This document shows, one piece after another, positions 61,463-64,000 of a stretch of 64,000 nucleotides of DNA. The stretch's first letter is position 1. Every line of letters starts with the position of its first letter. The notes beneath the pieces are model-generated. The model was given only the letters and a program-made list of their open reading frames with translations. It ran no database searches and had not been told where the DNA came from. Source of the stretch: an uncultured Gemmatimonadales bacterium (GTDB lineage Bacteria; Gemmatimonadota; Gemmatimonadetes; Gemmatimonadales; Gemmatimonadaceae); assembly GCA_963757855.1 (NCBI GenBank), contig CAVWTI010000037.1, positions 13,688-77,687 of the forward strand, written 5' to 3'. Position numbers and translations under genes: made by a program.

Positions 61463-61806
61463 TCAGCCGCCGATATCCTGGCGTGCCACCAGAGGATCAG
61501 CCACACGATGCACCCGGCGGTGATCGCCGACGACACCGACGCGACAAACCCGCGGTAGCCGAGCGGAGGCCGCGTCAGTGCGGCCGCCAGCAGAGAAAAC
61601 GCGAGCCCGACACATGCCAGGCCCTCGCTGACCCGCAACAGGATCCAGGCGGTGCTCGCCGGCCAGACGGCATGCTGGGTGCCCAGCAGCGCCACGATTC
61701 CAACCAGGCCGCTGAGGACGACGACGAAGGTCGCCAACGCGACGACGACGGGAAGTCCGCGGCGGTCTGGCAGCTGCGCGTCACGTGGGGTCGCTGGTTG
61801 ACCCAT
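61463..61806 (-). CDS. small 3-4 TM membrane protein; 3' end inferred across a frameshift
   Basis: MGQPATPRDAQLPDRRGLPVVVALATFVVVLSGLVGIVALLG...WILLRVSEGLACVGLAFSLLAAAL...VSSAITAGCIVWLILWWHA. The listed ORF (60856..61923) then runs antisense through the neighbouring gene. The +2 frame gives ..QDIGG*, with its stop at 61463-61465. Confidence 0.4.
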
Positions 61807-62186
61807 GTGACGCAAGTATATCGCAGATCCAGCCTCGGCGGCGATCCCGCCACGCCCGCATACTTGCAGGCGGAGGCGAGGGTTGACGCCGGTGCCGCGG
61901 CCCCATCCCACAGCGTACAGCATCCCTACTCACTGCGAAGACGGGTTGCCGCCACAGCTCCCGCGTCTCCGGCCCCGACACCGGCACGGACGAGCCATTG
62001 CGAATGTCGGGCCGCCCGAGCCGGATCCCGCCACCTACCGGCTCAGCACTTAAGCCGCTGCTCCACAGCGACTTACGTAAACGGACTGCCAGAACCTTCG
62101 CCTTGGGTGTCCCCGGAACGCGGTCAGTCCACTGGCGCCCAGTGGAGACGACCGTGCATTTGAGCATCCATGATGACGGTTGCTGG

Positions 62187-62704
62187 TCAGCCCGGCATCT
62201 GGTTCGCCGGATGGGCCGTCAGGATCTCGCGGCACGTCGCGATTGCCCTGTCGCAGATCGGCCCGGGTGACCGCGAAAGCGAACCAATGCCCCTGTCCCG
62301 CTCTGTCCGCCGTCAGCTCGGCACGAACGGTGATCGGGGCATCGGGCTGTGGGGACTCGACCCGGACCGTAGGTTGGGCGGCTCAGCGCCGAGATACGCG
62401 GACCCTACCCCAGTCCGGACCAGACTCCTCGAGGCCTTGGCAGAAGCGCTCGATGCTCCAGCTGGTCATCGACAGCAGCCGGAACGACCACCTCGGCGCC
62501 CGCCGCCCGGCATCTCGCAGTCACCGAGAGCCAATTCGCGTCCCAGGTATCGTCGCAATCATTCGCGACGCGGCCATCGACCTCGATCTGGACGCCACCA
62601 AGACTGAATCCGAGGCGGACCGCCGCGCTCCCGGCCCGGCGCTCATGATCCTCTGAATGCTGTAGGCTCTCGCGTCCGCCCATGGTCTGGAAGTTACCGA
62701 GCAC
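62187..62704 (-). pseudogene. degraded small gene of unknown function (at least 3 frame changes, one in-frame stop)
   Basis: ...AAVRLGFSLGGVQIEVDGRVANDCDDTWDANWLSVTARCRAAGAEVVVPAAV / TSWSIERFCQGLEESGPDWGRV / PTVRVESPQPDAPITVRAELTADRAGQGHWFAFAVTRADL / CDRAIATCREILTAHPANQMPG*. Confidence 0.35.
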
Positions 62705-62870
62705 GGGTGCCTGGGCCAGCCCGGATCGCCAAGGCAGACTCGTCCATACGGCGTGCTGTGGGAGGGCGTTCAGGCCGTTGCCGCGCTGCAGCGTCGTTCG
62801 TCACCGGAATGCCTCCCCCGCGCGGCCCGCATCGCCTCGCGTCACACCGTCTTCCGCTTCCGGCCTGCCC

Positions 62871-63612
62871 ATGTCGCCGACTCTCGACGTCACCTGCTCC
62901 CACGAACGCCGGCCCGGAACCGCGGCATGTCTGTATTGCCGGCGCGAAGCCAGACTCGCGGCGCGCGCGCGCACACAACCGGCTGTACGCCCAGACCGGC
63001 AGCATCGTCGTCGGTCTCGCCGTCGTGGCGATGGCGAGCCTGTCCGGAATGGCCGCGTTCACCGGCTGGCGCCCGCCGGCGTGGATCCGCAACACGGAGT
63101 CCGCGGTCATGATCGTACAGGCGAAGGGCCCGAGCGCCGCGCGTCTGGTGCTCGTATCGTCGGAAACCCGGACTGAGGCGTCGCGCACACCCGCGGTCAC
63201 GTCGGTGTCGCCATCGATGCTCGCGCCCGCGCCGCGTGCCGTCGTGCCGCCGCTCCAGCCGATCGTGAGCCAGGGTACGACCCTGCTCGCGGACAGCCTC
63301 GTCGCCGTGCGAAGCGGCGACAGCGTGACATTGCATTTCGATACGCCTGCCGCGCGCACCCGGCGTCCGGAGAAGTTCGAGCAGATCGTCCGCTCGACAC
63401 TCCCCGCGATCTACGGTCCGTCTGTCAGCTCGCTGCTGGCCCGCATTCCGATCGGCCGCCTCGCGCAGGCCGGTGACCTGTTGACCGACCTCCCGAATCG
63501 GGGACTGCGGCTATCGCTCGGCGCGGGCTGGATCCTCGGGGTGTGGCCCGAGACCCGCACCGGCCACGATGGGCCGCTGGTCGTGACCTATCGCACGCTG
63601 GTGATGCGGTAG
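62871..63612 (+). CDS. single-pass membrane protein with N-terminal Cys-rich (zinc-finger-like) segment; one frameshift near 62985
   Basis: MSPTLDVTCSHERRPGTAACLYCRREARLAARA / NRLYAQTGSIVVGLAVVAMASLSGMAAF (TM segment) ...LVAVRSGDSVTLHFDTPAARTRRPEKFEQIVRSTLPAIYGPSVSSLL...GPLVVTYRTLVMR*. Confidence 0.45.
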
Positions 63613-63754
63613 CTGGAGGGGCGCGCCCACGGCGCGCATCTCCTCTTACTGCCTGGGGACGGCGGGTCCCGTCACGGCGTCCGGCATGACATGCTGAACC
63701 TGCGGTAGTCCGGCGAGCGTCCTGATGATGGCGGCGAGCGGGCCGGCGCCGCTG

Positions 63755-64000
63755 TCAGGGTTGGCCGGGAATGCGGAGATAGTAGTACGGATTTGGCCCG
63801 AACTCCCGGCCGCCGATCACGACACCCTGGACCAGATCGACCGCCGCTTGCCGCTGCTCGGCGGACGCGCTGTCGCGGAACAAGAGCCAGAGCTTATTGC
63901 GCACGACCCGGCCTGGAAATCGGGGATCGTTGGTCACGATGTTCTCCGGCTCGCGCGAGTCCTCGACCTCTTCGAGCGGGACCTGATCGGGCGCGGCAGC
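63755..64000 (-). CDS. hypothetical protein, 5' end outside the window
   Basis: The frame is open from the right edge: ...APDQVPLEEVEDSREPENIVTNDPRFPGRVVRNKLWLLFRDSASAEQRQAAVDLVQGVVIGGREFGPNPYYYLRIPGQP*. Confidence 0.4.
   Translation of the reverse strand, partial: AAAPDQVPLEEVEDSREPENIVTNDPRFPGRVVRNKLWLLFRDSASAEQRQAAVDLVQGVVIGGREFGPNPYYYLRIPGQP

Overview
64-kb, very GC-rich bacterial window. I found no rRNA, CRISPR array, transposase or integrase. A perfect (TC)85 dinucleotide tract at 13283-13452 splits it into two blocks. LEFT block (1-13.3 kb) carries envelope and phospho-signalling genes: a PP2C phosphatase, a zinc-ribbon protein with two FHA domains, an FHA domain fused to a degenerate CpaF-like ATPase, a triple zinc-ribbon membrane protein, a secreted glutaredoxin-like protein, an OMP, a DsbD-like protein and prephenate dehydrogenase. 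Most of these need 1-nt frame changes to be read. RIGHT block (13.45-64 kb) carries: an M28 peptidase, a cupin remnant and a fatty-acid desaturase; a ku-ligD NHEJ operon plus a CoA-transferase, transcribed divergently from a complete family-B DNA polymerase; a co-directional cluster of PLP desulfhydrase/deaminase, APC permease, multicopper oxidase and amidohydrolase; a nucleotidyltransferase-fold gene coupled to a 77-aa partner; a PAS histidine kinase; a quinone oxidoreductase; tRNA-Gly; a LytS/LytTR two-component system; a 7-tRNA array (His, Trp, Glu, Glu, Asp, Leu, Thr) downstream of efp; the tesA / ybbA-ybbP-like arrangement; a tightly packed TPR / membrane-FHA / Ser-Thr kinase with 7 RCC1 blades / Big_2 lipoprotein / TPR-TM cluster; mntH plus a DtxR-family repressor; a heavily frameshifted M1 aminopeptidase; and several small envelope proteins. 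Three themes recur. (a) Frameshifts are distributed very unevenly and create false giant ORFs in the supplied track. (b) Short private tandem repeats (12-15 bp units) sit in non-coding spacers. (c) The (TC)85 tract has truncated genes on both sides and may be an assembly or chimeric join. The best candidates for something undescribed are the kinase/RCC1/Big_2 envelope module, the NHEJ + PolB island with a 6 x 12-bp repeat array in its divergent promoter, and the FHA-fused pseudo-ATPase. All functional calls come from motifs read by eye in the translations. No database search was run.
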